The position numbers were made by a program, and so were the translations under genes. From contig NMRA01000732.1 in NCBI GenBank assembly GCA_002633005.1, positions 62,001-126,000 on the forward strand: 64,000 nucleotides of DNA, written 5' to 3'. Below, one piece after another: positions 36,356-49,137 of this stretch. The first letter of the stretch is position 1. Every line of letters begins with the position of its first letter. The DNA comes from Phoronis australis (Eukaryota > Animalia > Phoronida). The notes beneath the pieces are model-generated. The model saw only the letters and a program-made list of their open reading frames with translations, had not been told where the DNA came from and ran no database searches.

Positions 36356-38116
36356 CAGGGATATACTTAGCCACTCGCCTAGTCGCCAATGCGAGTAAAA
36401 ATGGTGCTGGGCGAGTAGAAGTTGACTTGCCGGTCGCCCGGTGGCGAGCGAATTTCAGAGCGCAAAAGCACTATATATCGTTTCCCAGATGAATATGAAT
36501 AATTTTCCTCCTCCTTGTGCTGTTTTTATCATGAATTTACGGTAAGGTTCAGTTTGGTCATCGTGTCGATGCTCCGGCAATGTAAAAAACATCGGCGCAG
36601 TGCGACCCTACCGATTCAGTACATGTCACCCGTTACGCGATTCGTCAAAAAAACAGTGTGTGGTCGTGCACAAAGAATTTGTGGACTAGTCCGAAACGAA
36701 GAAAAGGGGAGAAAGGTGGAAGACCGGTCCATGTGCTCATAGTAAATAAAATACCATATTTCTTGGAACTGATTTCTTATTGTAATGTACAATGTCATTT
36801 TAGCCAAAATTATTTTGATAACATTCGTCCTAACAAGCGCCCATGCCCCTATAAGCGTCCCCACTCGTTTTCAGACTTCGCTAAAATAAGCGCCCAGTCC
36901 ATGAATGTGTATATATCAGTGCGAAAAATGTCTTACCTCACAGTTCTAAAATTCTACAGTAAATGTATTCAATTTATCAATAATATCCGACAGTTCTGAA
37001 AAATCATTGTGCGCGTAATTTCTAGTAGACCACGAGCCTCGCCGCTATGTCGGTATTTAGCCGTGGCTGTACACTTCAAACCATTCCGCAGTGCTTCAAA
37101 AAGAACGCAAAAGATTTGCTGATCTTGCGAGGAAAGTGTCACACTACATGGTCTGGCCCTGATCAGAACAGACGCAGCGTACTCAGGTCAACGGGATTGG
37201 TATTGAATCTTTCCCGTACAGATCTTCTACCACAACAGGAATCCAGATTGTTTTGTACACGAAAAATTATAAAAATTGCGAATCGAAACTTGGCCAAGAA
37301 GCGCGCGCTAGGGCCCACATATAACATGTGGGCCTGCTCAATGAGATAAATATACTACATTATACAGCTCATTGGGCCTGCTACTCTGGCAAATGAACAC
37401 TGATGACACGCACGCGCTCGCTCATTCGGTGCACACCAGCTGATTCACTTCAATACAAACGTCACGTGAAACAACATAATGTGTTCGTCCAGATTTTTGT
37501 CGTTGCGGGGTGCGATCTAGCGCAGATTTTGACTTAATCTGCGGTTAATCCCGACTCCGAGTCCACAGGAACTTAAGAATCTTAGGAAAGGCTATTTGGG
37601 AGGATTTCAGGTAATTTGAGTCGAAACTATTTTTACTCAAGAATTCAAGTTGTCCTATCGACGACCGCGAAGCAGTGACGCATCAGTCGGCAAATTTTCG
37701 CCCTGGGATTTCAGCACATTTTTTTAAAAAGATCGTAATTTAACAACAGAGTTTGATAGCAGTGCACCACAGTTTTGTATAGCTAGTCTGTCATAGGTCA
37801 CACATAGGTCACAGCGCGTAAATTTGATGAATCCTAGCTTCCGATTTCACCCGTTTCGGAGACCAGGTTTTAACTGCCGTAGGCTACAAAAAGAGTCCCC
37901 CTGGGCGCTTATTAGAGCGAATACGGTAGCCCTAATAAATGGTGACATCAGTGCACCAAACGATGATTTTTATTTAAACTAGCAGCAAGTTTGTGGTGAC
38001 TGGCGCCAACGGCCGGGTGACCAAACTTCGGGATTGGCGAGTAGATTTTCTGGCTCCGGCACTCGCCCAGCTGGCGAGCAGGGTTTTTCAAGACTAAAAG
38101 CCTGGGTATATCCCTG
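36356..38116. mobile_element. hAT-like MITE nested in the TA-TIR element
   Basis: CAGGGATATAC...GTATATCCCTG with subterminal ACTCGCC/GGCGAG repeats at both ends; the TSD is degenerate (CTTCC). Confidence 0.7.
36821..37926. mobile_element. pogo/Tigger-like MITE nested in the hAT-like MITE
   Basis: Right end GGGCGCTTATTAGAGCGAATACGG|TA. The degenerate left end is ATTCGTCCTAACAAGCGCCC, with repeated ATAAGCGCCC. Confidence 0.65.
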
Positions 38117-38907
38117 ACTTCCACACTTTTTCAAAAGAGGGAAAACAACTAAGGAATGGCTGAGGAGGGTAAAAGTCTAGTTGCCGTAAGTATTGGTATG
38201 TTTTTTGGAGATCGATTCAACATCAGACAACTTGATTTTTGGTAACGTTGATAAGTCCTTTGACCACAACACCTTGCAGGACGATCCATGTTTGTCAAGG
38301 CGCCTCGTTTTCGATCAACACGACAGCAGCGCCCCGCGTTCGTGAAAGAGGTGAATATACCAAATTTTATGAAAATCCATTCAGGACTTTTGAAGATACA
38401 GAGGTAAACGTAAAAAACAAAAATTGCCACTAGGGGGCACACCGGTAGTCGGATCCATCCGAAAGTTCGTAATGCCATCCCTTCCATGGAAGGAACACGT
38501 ACCGTTTTGGAGATAGAGCAGTGGATGCCGGCCAGCCGGAGATAACGGCATAATGCGTCCACATATAAATATGTGGGCGCATAAAAATAAAAGAGATCAA
38601 GCAATAAAATGAAAATGCACCTTGGGTAGTTATTTATTTATGATTGCAGAGGCCTCTTAAAACTGAGAAAAAAATAATATGATATTGGGTAATTTATTAG
38701 AACAACTGTATCGAGGTTCAATGATCAACTTCAGCTGACCAAATCTCAAAGGGTTACAGTTCTGTTTTGGCTGGCAAGGTGTTAACAGAGAATGAAGAAA
38801 AGTTGAAAAGAAAAAGAAAGACAGCAGAGATAAGTGGTGTTAAGAACAAGAGCAACAAGTCAAATAAAGAGGTCACAAATAGAAAATAAGTAAGGTTTAT
38901 CTGGAAT

Positions 38908-40896
38908 CAGGGACTCATCTAGCGGCCGTCCTTGGGACGGCCCTTTTAAAAAAATGACGGCTTTGGACGGCACGGCCAAGACGGGAAAAAGACGGCCTGT
39001 TCCAATACAACCTCGGCGAAAATGAAGGCTAAACGAAGAATTTTAACATTTATTATTAATAAATTTTATTGAAACCTACAATTCATTGTTTAAGTTCGCT
39101 AAATATTAAGAAATAACTCGACTTTAGAAACTTTTGCCGTCTATTTTTACTATAAATGTCACAATGACAATCAGCAAATACTGGCAGCCATCTTTGGGGA
39201 ATACCTTCCTATTCTGTGACGTCAAGGTGACTTCATACGGAATCCCCCGCACGACGAGTGTCGAGAAATATTGCATCCAGGGCTAACTACCCGTACATGG
39301 ACACTTAATCTTTGAAATTGAAGAACCCACACCCGAAGTTCAAAGGATTTGCCGTACCCCTAATGCTAGTTGCCGACGCGGAAGTTGAAGCGGCACTCGA
39401 TATATTCGACGGACCAGCCAATTTGAAATAGCCGACGGAGAACGTGCACTTCGTAAAAAAATGATACCCGACAAAATTCTAGCACTGACCTGCCGTACAA
39501 ATGCCATCAATGTCGTTGAACATGCAAACCTGATGAAACTTAGCGCAAACTTCCTTAATTTGTTCGCATAGCTCCGTTGCAACTCAACGAATGAATGAAA
39601 AAATACCAAAAAAATCCGCACGGCCGAATGACTTATATTGATGCGCGAGAATGCAATGCAAACTTTACGAGAAAAAATGTGGCGAGTAATATTGGTTACG
39701 TATTCAATGAATAACTTAGCATGAAAATAAATGCCTCGAAATACTTCAACTTATTGTGGAATTCCATGATTATTGGGCGATTCGAGTTTATCCTCTGCCA
39801 GTGTGTGTGGCACTGAGTGCCGAATATGGAAAAAAGTAGGTCAGCCAGTCACCTGCACAGCACCTGTTACTTCGGCTGCGAACCAGGCCGGGGGATTTGA
39901 CTCTTAAACTGCGAGAAAAGAATGGTTCTTTTTAAGAATAAATTTCTTGTAGCGTACTATGAAAGAGAGTGATTGACTTTCCACCTTGTAAGTTTCAATT
40001 CAACAAAGCGTCCATCCACTTACAATGCACTGCAGAAGACGTAACAACTACGATGTCCCCGGCGACGACTGGCTACGCTCGTAGCCAAACAACGTGAAAT
40101 TTACGAGTAAAGCGCTCGGAGAAACGTTTAAGAAACGTGAAAATACGAATGCCAAATTCAGACACATGACGGAGTTTCGACGTTTTTTTTTTTTTTTGGT
40201 CACGATCCTTTACGAAGCCAAGTCCGGGTACACATGCACGAGTGCACATACGCCGTCACTCCTATTTTCCAGCGGAGATTTTTGACCGTGTTGAGCACTG
40301 GTGATATTGATTTGTGAATTTGTTGAGGATATGGTCTTGTTTTTGTAGATTCGTGAATTGCATTACTGTGCGATGTAACGAAACGTAGACATGTACTCTA
40401 GAATATATTTCTTCATGTCCTTTCGAATGCAACTTCATTGTCTTCTCACAATTTTAAGTGGTTTCTCAACTGCATTTTACTCTTCTCTTTTGAGAGCTTC
40501 AAGATACATTGAGTCCTGTACTCATGCTGTCTATCATGCAACTCTACATAAATAATCTTACTAAAAAGATTTACAGATCTTGATTTTTGCAGCCTAGTGA
40601 CAATAGACACATCCTGAATGGAACAAACCTCCTAAGTTTTGTTTAGTTTCCCTATGTGCCGTCCTTTGAACAAGAAAAAGACATCCAAACAGTGTGCTAA
40701 ATAAAATGCAAGGAAATGACCTTTTTCTATGTAACATTTTTTTTCTCACCAGGTGGGGGAATTCCCCCACCTCCCCCCCAACTTCCAACCCCCACCTCCC
40801 CCCCATTGGCGCTGCGTGCCTCAGATTTGCGCTTTGCACGACTCGTCAGTCTTACGAATTTGGACCCCCAATTTTCAAATCCTAGATGAGTCCCTG
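38908..40896. mobile_element. Non-autonomous hAT element with a perfect 15-bp TIR and 8-bp TSD
   Basis: TCTGGAAT|CAGGGACTCATCTAG...CTAGATGAGTCCCTG|TCTGGAAT; no transposase ORF seen. Confidence 0.92.
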
Positions 40897-41244
40897 TCTG
40901 GAATGAAACAATCGCAATTTAATTTCCAGAACTGAAATTCTGAACCAATTTTAACCGGTTTAAAAATCGGTATCATACCAGTAAAACAGTTTGTGGTTGA
41001 ACTAGAATTGTTGTAAACCACTTTACACTATTTTTGTGGCCTTTTTCTGCTTGGTTTTCTGTTCTTTCAAAAGGTGGCAGCATATGACGACCATAGGAGG
41101 TCATTATAAAATGGCTGCCAAAAAGCAATGCACAGTTGAAACAACTCCGCATAAATAAAACTTTTGAATCAACGAATACTATATATTTGTGAGAGTTAAA
41201 TCAAATCCTATTCAGAACATAACTTTGAAGTGGAATAATTGGGT

Positions 41245-41860
41245 GAGTACGACGAGCCGGTTTTTAGGCAACACATAGCCCCTCGGTTGGCCGGTTAGGG
41301 GTTACAATACTTCCCATCGCTTTCTGTGCACATTTCGTTCCATGGTAGGCCGAATCCAGCCGATTTTGAGTTTTCACCTCATCAAAAATACATTCCGCAC
41401 TTAAAACTACCACTTAAAAAGCGCTTACTTTCTTCACTGGTCCTTTCTACTTCTATGCATATCTTCGATGAAGCTTAGTTGTGAGAATTAAGGCGGCTTT
41501 GGCGAAATATTCCAACACCACTTTTTTGGTTGCAGTTAACTTTTTCACCAAGCGCGCGATAACCACAAGTATGTCAACTGAGTCACGTGAGTTAGGCAAA
41601 GGCTAGCACGAGACTGAGCGACGCGTGTGACACTTGCAAAATAGCATGAGAAGGTATCAGGTGAAATTTGTAAGATTTGTGTCCCTTGGACTTTTTATTC
41701 GTCAACATGCGTGATTTCAAGTAACTTCCTCAAAATGGCACCCGGTAAGAGAAACTCTAGCAAGCCATGACAGATTTTCATCGATTTGTTCAAGATATCT
41801 TGACTGAATCGTCTCCAAACTTATAGTATGAGTTGTTTATAACTCCATGTGCATATTTGC
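41245..41860 (+). repeat. Dispersed repeat family 'B', copy 2
   Basis: Collinear with 44425-45110 and with the reverse complement of 1225-1760. Confidence 0.75.
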
Positions 41861-43559
41861 ATGTTTTATTTCCTGTATTTTGAAATACATAACATTTTGT
41901 GGGGATGTACTACCCTGTATGCCTGCGGCATCCATGGCGATGTAATTGCCTAGCCGGTTTTATGCTTAGGCAGACGACCACTGAATTCCCGAGTATATCT
42001 TCAATATACTAGCCAATTTTGGGGTCTTCTGTTCTGACACACGCGAGATCATTGTAATCATTCCTGCCTAGAGGTGTCTCAGTTTTATAATGGCGGTCAC
42101 CCGAGATCCGAGAGATCGGCTTACCAACAAATGAACACATGAGAAGAGCCTAATCAGAAATACATTTTTGGAATCACCACGATTACCATGGCGAGAGGAT
42201 TCCGAAAATAGTAAATTCAAGTATGTACCTTAATGGAGTCGGATTGTAAATAATAACCTAAAAAATTTTGCCCTCTCTTAGTCTCGTGGAGAGCTTTCTC
42301 ATGATGCACATTTTCTAAAACTTTAGGCCTAAATGCTGTTCTCCCAACAATAGGTACACATCGTCACACGTGTCAAAAATCGTGATCATGATGTGACGGG
42401 ACAAAGGTTTAAAAAGCAAGAGGATCCCCAGCTTCCGCCAAAAGCGGGACGGTTGAAAAGCATGAGTACCAATCCAAATTTAAATGCGCGCCAAATTTAA
42501 CAATGAATATCAGGAAATTGTCGTGGAAAAAAGTTGGATATATATTGATTTAAATCAAGAAGTCAAAAAATAAAAACACTCAACAAGTATTGGAACACAT
42601 TTGCTACGATAGCTAATCTTCATTTTACAAAAGAATAAAGGATGGTCGTAACACAAGAAGATAACAAAGCTAAACTCACTTCCAACCCTATCGCTTGGCG
42701 ACTGAGAAGAATCTGTTTCCGCTTTGAAGTCGGGTTGCACCAAAATGCGTCATGGCTCGAGTGATACATGCAATGTGCAATTCAAAAAGTAGAATCTTGC
42801 CTCCTGTGTAATAGCTTCATAATTTCGAAGAATCGCAAATTACAGTAAATCTACATTCATAAGGATGTTTATTCTCAAGACAAAACACAAAAATCACGGA
42901 AAATAGTGGCAGATTTCATCCTTCTCGACCTTCTCGATAGATGGCACCAAAACCATTGCTCGTTTACGGACTGAGGCAATGCCAGCGTGGGCCTACTCAC
43001 GACCGTCAAACTTACGTTAAATGTACAAATGATTAGCGGTCTTTCCTGTTTCATTGGATTCCGGACAAGTCTCAGAACCAAAAAGTTTGAATTGCGCACG
43101 TGCTAGTCATCCTTTAATAACTCAGTAAACGCACTCACTACACGTCTTGGATGACTTAGTTGAAATACGTGAGGAAGCATAAAGACGAATAGACATATGT
43201 ATGTGTGGGTGCATAAAATACGAAGAAGTGTGCCACAGACCACTAACTTTTCTGGCCATACGGCAAATCTGTTATTTTTTTGCAGATAATTGTCGACATC
43301 TAAGAATGTTTTAACAATCCAAGTGAAGCTAACTTTGTTTCACTTGATAACCTTTTTACAATGACATATACAATGTTCACTCTGCAGAGTAACGATTTCG
43401 AGGAATTCGGCACTGGAGCACGCTGTTGGTCCCCACCAATGAAATAAATTACATAGCTCATTGTTTCGGGCCCACACCCAACCAATCTCGAGGGTCTGGG
43501 CAGGAGACTGGGCTGGGCCCGCAACGTGAACAATGTCGAGAGCTATTGATTGAGGGACC

Positions 43560-43750
43560 TCTTTTGGAGAAAAAATGAACATGTGTCCGTGCGCTACCTA
43601 CCGAGATGTTTTCCCAAGATGGAGTTCTTCAGTAAACATTATACACGATTTCCGTTTTTGCAAGAGTTACAAATGGATTGAGACAGTGAGGTTACGTTCA
43701 ATCTCTTTGTCTGGGTATCCCATAGGACAAGCAATTATCTGTTTGTAAGT
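43560..43750 (+). promoter_or_regulatory. Candidate 5' non-coding exon/promoter of RNF34 (donor GTAAGT at 43745)
   Basis: CpG-richer unique sequence with CAAGATGG (YY1-like) and a strong donor. The RNF34 ATG exon has an acceptor at 49040, so an upstream exon is needed. Confidence 0.35.
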
Positions 43751-44424
43751 TCTAATTTTTATATTTATCGTTGATGTTCTGTGAGTGGTTTTATAGCACA
43801 TTACAGTAGCCAATTTTACACTCGTCCTCTCGGTGACGAGGTCGAGGTGACTGACGGTTACACTGGGTTACAGTGTTTTCTACCGGAATTCCCCCCGCCT
43901 ATTTTGATCGCAGTGACTCTTGATGACTTTCAGTTTCCAACAGACTTTAACTAAAGTGTTAATCTACTGGCGTTCTTCTGTGATCGACAAGAAGACGGGC
44001 AATTTTGAACTTTTAAAGGAGGTCTGACTTATCACTAGCCAAGTGAAAATCATTCTTCTAACTTTTATTTTGTTAACTTTTGTATTAAACTTTGATTTAG
44101 GCTATCTATGCCAAACACATGTAACTGGTCACAACTTGCTTCTCATTCACTTTTAAGTAAGATGTGACTTCAGGTCTTGTACTTTTCCTCTTAAGAGGAT
44201 TTCCTCTTTTTTGGTTTCGATTTCCTCTTATTCGAGTCCCAGTTTCCTCTTTTTCTTGCCTCTTTTTTCTCATTATTTTGACTTAATTCATGCAAAAGTG
44301 TTTAATTCAGTCAAATTTACAACCTATCACACAAGCCTATTTATTTGTGGAACGATGCATCACCTGGAAAATTTTCCTCTTTTTTGTCATTGGTCATTCC
44401 AAAGCATTGCAGCTTAGAAAGACT

Positions 44425-45110
44425 AAGGTAATACATCGCCTCGACAACCTGTACTAGTAAAGTGGATTGCGGTTGAGCAGCTTTAGGGTTAATGTAGGCA
44501 ACACATAGCCCCTTAGCTGGCTGGCTAGGTGCAGCTACAGTACTCTTCATAACTTTTTCATCCTCATTGTCATCCTGTGTACCTTAAACCAGTGGTAGGC
44601 CAAATCCGCTCACCAAATAAAGAGGTTTTATCTCATCAAAAGTAAATTTTACACTTTATGTTATCTTTTATAAAAGTACCAACTTTCTTCATTGATCCAT
44701 TCTGGTTCTACACATATCCTTGACAAAGCATATCTGCGGTAATTAAGATGACTTTAACAAAGAATTTCAACTATACTTTTCTGGTCACCGATTACATTTT
44801 CAGTGCACATGATAACCATAAAGTATCTCAATTGATGTCATGCCAATTAGGCGAGGACAAACGCGAGATGAAGCAAAGCACGTGACCTTGCATGTGACAC
44901 TTGCAAATGTAGCATGGAAAGATACCCTGTGGAATTTGTTGATTTGTGTCCCGTGGTTTTTTTGTTCATCATCAGACGTGATATTGCGTAATTTCCTCAA
45001 CATGTCCCACAGTGAGGTAAGCTCGAGTGAATGGCGACAGATTTTCGTAGATTTGTTCAAATTATATTGACTAAATTGTCTCCAGGGTAATGGTATGTGT
45101 TGATTATAAC
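44425..45110 (+). repeat. Dispersed repeat family 'B', copy 3
   Basis: Collinear with 41245-41860. Confidence 0.75.
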
Positions 45111-46101
45111 TAAATGTTTATACATTTACGTTATTCACTGTGTTTGGAGATGAGTAACTTTTTATAGAGTGTACCATCACCTGTATACATCTGTGGCATA
45201 CACGGCAATGTAATTCCCTGGGGTTACTGAATCGTAGCAGAAGTACCAAACAATATGTCAGGAAATGACAACATGTGAACATTACAATACTGTACTTGCC
45301 ATTGAGTTTGCTAGTTTTGTAGACCAGTGACAATGTCATGTTGTTGCTGACAATGGGTGTTTTTTAATGTGATCAATTGTTGTTTATTTAATTTAACATA
45401 GTAGCTTAGAGCACAGGTGGAGTTGGTTTTTGTGTCCTTAAGCATGGAGGATTTAGCCTTTCTGGCCCTATTTCGTGACGTTACTGTGTTATGCGTTGGT
45501 TAATGACAGCTTCCTTTGTGTTTTCATTTTTTACAGCAAATATGATTTTCTAAGATGCAAGCTTATCTCGAATCTTTTGCTCGAAGTCAGAAGAGCCGAT
45601 TTTAAGGGGAAGATGGAGCTATGTGCCAACTTCTTTTCTTTTTATAAGTAGGGCAAACTTGAATTTCACCATTCTACATTTCCTGTTAGCATGGATAGAA
45701 CTCCACCATGAAGTTGGTCTTCGTTTTCATTGATATTAACCACATGAATTTTTTGTTCTTACTATGTTTTGAAGCTTAGAATTGTTTCGTATCCCTTACT
45801 TCCATTTCAATTGCATAAACATTTAAGTTTCTAAAATTCATGTATGTAGTACTTATGGTGCCACATCGAGAAAATGACATCACCAGTGTGTGGCCATGTC
45901 TGCCATGTTATAGTTAAGTGATCATCAACAGAATGCTATATTTCGCAGTATAATCGCTAAAATCATAACGAAATGCATTCTTAATCATATTGATTGTTGT
46001 TTGTGATTTATTTACCTTGTGATATCGAGCATCTATACTACTCCATCAAGAGGCAATTGCTACTTGGCAAGGGATTTAGAGAAACTTTATACGACTACAT
46101 C

Positions 46102-46770
46102 ACACCTGGAAGTCATGTGTCCCAACACTCCTCTCCCTTCTCACTTGGAAGTCATTTGTCCCAACACTCGTCTCCCTTCACACCTGAAAGTCATGTGTCA
46201 CAAAACTCCTCTCCCTTTTTACCTGTAAGTCATGTGTTCAAACATTCCTCTCCCTTCACACCTGGAAGTCATGTCCCAACACTCCTCTCTCCCTTCTCAC
46301 CTAGAAGTCATTTGTCCCAACACTCCTCTCTCTTCTCTCCTGGAAGTCATGTGTCCTAACACTCCTCTCTCTTCTCACCTGGAAGTCATGTGTACCAGCA
46401 CTCCTCTCCCTTCTCTCCTGGAAGTCATGTGTCCTAACACTCCTCTCTCTTCTCTCCTGGAAGTCATGTGTCCTAACACTCCTCTCTCTTCTCACCTGGA
46501 AGTCATGTGTCCCAACACTCCTCTCCCTTCTCTCCTGGAAGTCATGTGTCCTAACACTTCTCTCTCTTCTCACCTGGAAGTCATGTGTCCCAGCACTCCT
46601 CTCCCTTCTCTCCTGGAAGTCATGTGTCCTAACACTCCTCTCTCTTCTCTCCTGGAAGTCATGTGTCCCAGCACTCCTCTCCCTTCTCTCCTGGAAGTCA
46701 TGTGTCCTAACACTCCTCTCTCTTCTCACCTGGAAGTCATGTGTCCTAACACTCTCTCTCTCTCCCCAGA
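46102..46770. repeat. 39-bp minisatellite, ~17 units
   Basis: Unit CCTGGAAGTCATGTGTCCTAACACTCCTCTCTCTTCTCA. The 5' units are divergent and the 3' units homogeneous. Confidence 0.95.
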
Positions 46771-47814
46771 TGGAAACTAGAATGTCAACTTCAAAAGACA
46801 GCCAACAGTTGCCACATTGGGGCAATGTACTAGAAAATAACATTTTAAATAATTTGAAGCTTGTGCAGGCTAACAGCTGATCCAAAGGCGGTATGGCCTA
46901 GGGGGGACTTGTTTTGTGTACACTACACGTTCGAAGATTTTTTCAGAGCAAAGAATGTAGCAAATACGTGGATAAACTGAAACAGAATGTTTACATTGCC
47001 AAAATAATAATTATTAGAACAAAATATTAACAAATGGTAACCAATCACCACTAGCTGTTGACAATCGCAGGCAGTGACCCCATCTGATAACTCCGATGAT
47101 ATCGAAGTTAAATGTTCCCTTTGTAGCGAAGCATCGATGCTTTGTTGTTAAATCCACCTATTTACTTCGGAGTTAACTTGTGCTCTTATTCTGTTAACTT
47201 CAATTCGAGACCGAAGTGGGTGTTCCCATTGACTGAAGGTTCGGCAACACCAAAGCTTCAGAGGCAGTGAGAGAGGCCTTAAAGACTAGGAGTGATCTGA
47301 CACCATTTCTTCCTGCAAAGCAAACAAAGATTTGGGTTGCATGAAGGATTTGACATGTATTTTTGTTGAAAATGAAACAAAAACCACAAAACATGATTGG
47401 GCTATATTTGTTCTACCAGTACACAATTAGTAGGTAATTTTCTTGTTTCTTGTTGGGCAGTCTGTGGGGAAAAGGAATTATGTGTAGGTAATGACTTAGT
47501 GTAATTAGGAAGCAGCAACAGTAGCCAGTCCCCTTCAAAATGAAGCTGTGACAGGCATGCTTGTTATTATAGGACACCTGATACATTAGTGTGGGTACAG
47601 GTATGTAGTAAAAGAATGCAACTTGCATATTTTTCACTCCGCTTGACAATATTAGCAATTACTTTGAGAGGTGACTTTCGGTGGCATTAAGCCTTGTATA
47701 CTTTTCGTCAAAAAACAAGTTATGGAATGGTCTTGTTCCTTACTCAGTTCTTCTGGCTTCAAGAGGACCTTGAAGTTTGTTAGTCCTTAAACTGGGCGGA
47801 TTCAACGTATAGTA

Positions 47815-48937
47815 TGTCACCTGGTGTCCGTTTTTATTATTTGGGAGTGTTTTGCATCTACCTCTCTAGGGATCCTTATGAAATTGGCAAATGTGCACCT
47901 GCTTAGAAGACCCCTGCTGACGTTGATTTTCGAACAGGTCTGACTTTTGTGATGTCCTCTAGTGGCAATTTTGTATTTTTTTGCATACACTGAAGTATCT
48001 CCATATCTCCTCAGAGGAGCTTTGTGAAAATTGCCAAGTGTTTTTATATGAATGTAACAACAGATGAGGACAACTTTCGGGCAGATCTTATTACCATTGT
48101 ACCCCCTAGTGGCAATTTTATTTTTTTTGATGTTTTTATTTGTATTTTCAGAGATCAAAAATGTAGGTCTTGAGCCATCCAAGAATTTCATAATACATTG
48201 ATAATAAGACCTGTTTGCGGGAGTGAATATTTACCCATATTCCCAGAACCTGGGGGACCTGTCATCTCCTTCAATGGGCTGATGTAAAATCTTAGTCAGG
48301 CAGGAACTCTGGTCATGTGGGAACTTGTTTGTCCACTGATGCTGTCTATACTTTCATTCCATGCTGAGGACATGCATAGAACAGAGTATAGACAGCATGA
48401 GGAAACAAACAAGTTCCGATGTGACCAGAGTTCCTGCCACTAACATTCTGCATTAAACCTATCGAAGGAGACGAGAGATACACAGGTAAGTATTCAGTCT
48501 AGCAGACAGGTCTTATTATGAATATGTTACCTTCAGAGATCCTTGGCGGAATTTCATGAAATTTCTCAGACAGGTTTCTATTAAGTAGATGGCAGTACCT
48601 TTTTATTTTCGAATGTATTTGACATACTCTGTGCCACTTAGTGATTATTTTTATTATTTTTGAGTCTGTTTTTGGCGTTAACCTGTCTATCTACCATACT
48701 GTTCAAAAGATCATGAAAATTGGCAAATATTTTCCTACTGACAACAGTACCATTTACTTTGGTTTTTGAATGGGTGCGAATACTTTGGCGCCCCCTAGTT
48801 GCAATGTTTTTGCATCCACAGCTGACATATTCTGTGCCACCTATTGACCGTCCTTTTGATACTAATAAACGTCCCTAGAATCATACCATTAGTGATGCAG
48901 TCGTAGGTGCATTTCAACGCTTTGCTTTGCCCTTGTT
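47815..48937 (-). mobile_element. Diverged HINE family 1 copy with a nested foldback MITE (48191-48529)
   Basis: The reverse strand starts AACAAGGGCAAAGCAAAGCGTTGAAATGCAC and has CCCTAGTGGCAATTTT subunits. The internal inverted repeat has arms ATAATAAGACCTG...GGCAGGAACTCTGGTCA and TGACCAGAGTTCCTGCC...CAGGTCTTATTAT. Confidence 0.7.
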
Positions 48938-49065
48938 AAACCTGCGAAATCGACTGCCTTTCGCTTTGACATAGCTAAAAAGTTTTTGATATCAGGTGAT
49001 ATTGATATGTTTAAAATTATTCTCATCTAACTCTTTGTAGGAGAGATCCTGTGTGATCATTCTAG

Positions 49066-49137
49066 ATGGGTACTGGAGCTGTGAAAGGCCATGCCTGTGA
49101 GTTTTGCTCTAGAAACTTCACTGCCACTAAAAAATCG
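49066..49137 (+). CDS. RNF34: RNF34 first coding exon (MGTGAVKGHACEFCSRNFTATKKS)
   Basis: The ATG is preceded by an in-frame TAG. Acceptor at 49040, GTAAGT donor. MGTGAVKG matches human RNF34 MGTGAVRG. Confidence 0.88.

Larger units (their letters stand above)
36194..38355. mobile_element. Non-autonomous TIR element with TA TSD, inserted in the HINE
   Basis: TA|TTCACCTATTTCACGAA...TTCGTGAAAGAGGTGAA|TA. A second inverted block is TGATCGAAAACGAGG / CCTCGTTTTCGATCA. Confidence 0.8.
34764..38587 (+). mobile_element. HINE family 1 element (34764-36193 plus 38356-38587) interrupted by nested DNA transposons
   Basis: Same 5' end AACAAGAGCAATGCAGAGCGTTGAAATGCGCCCAC, and a 3' end ATGTGGGCGCATAAAAA. 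The subunit sequence resumes at 38356. Confidence 0.85.

Noticed and set aside
45994-46885. Repetitive ORFs (LEVMCPNTPLSS / RERSVRTHDFQ) and a superficially CRISPR-like periodicity
   Set aside because: They are translations of a 39-bp (13-codon) minisatellite. There are no unique spacers or cas genes, and the context is eukaryotic.
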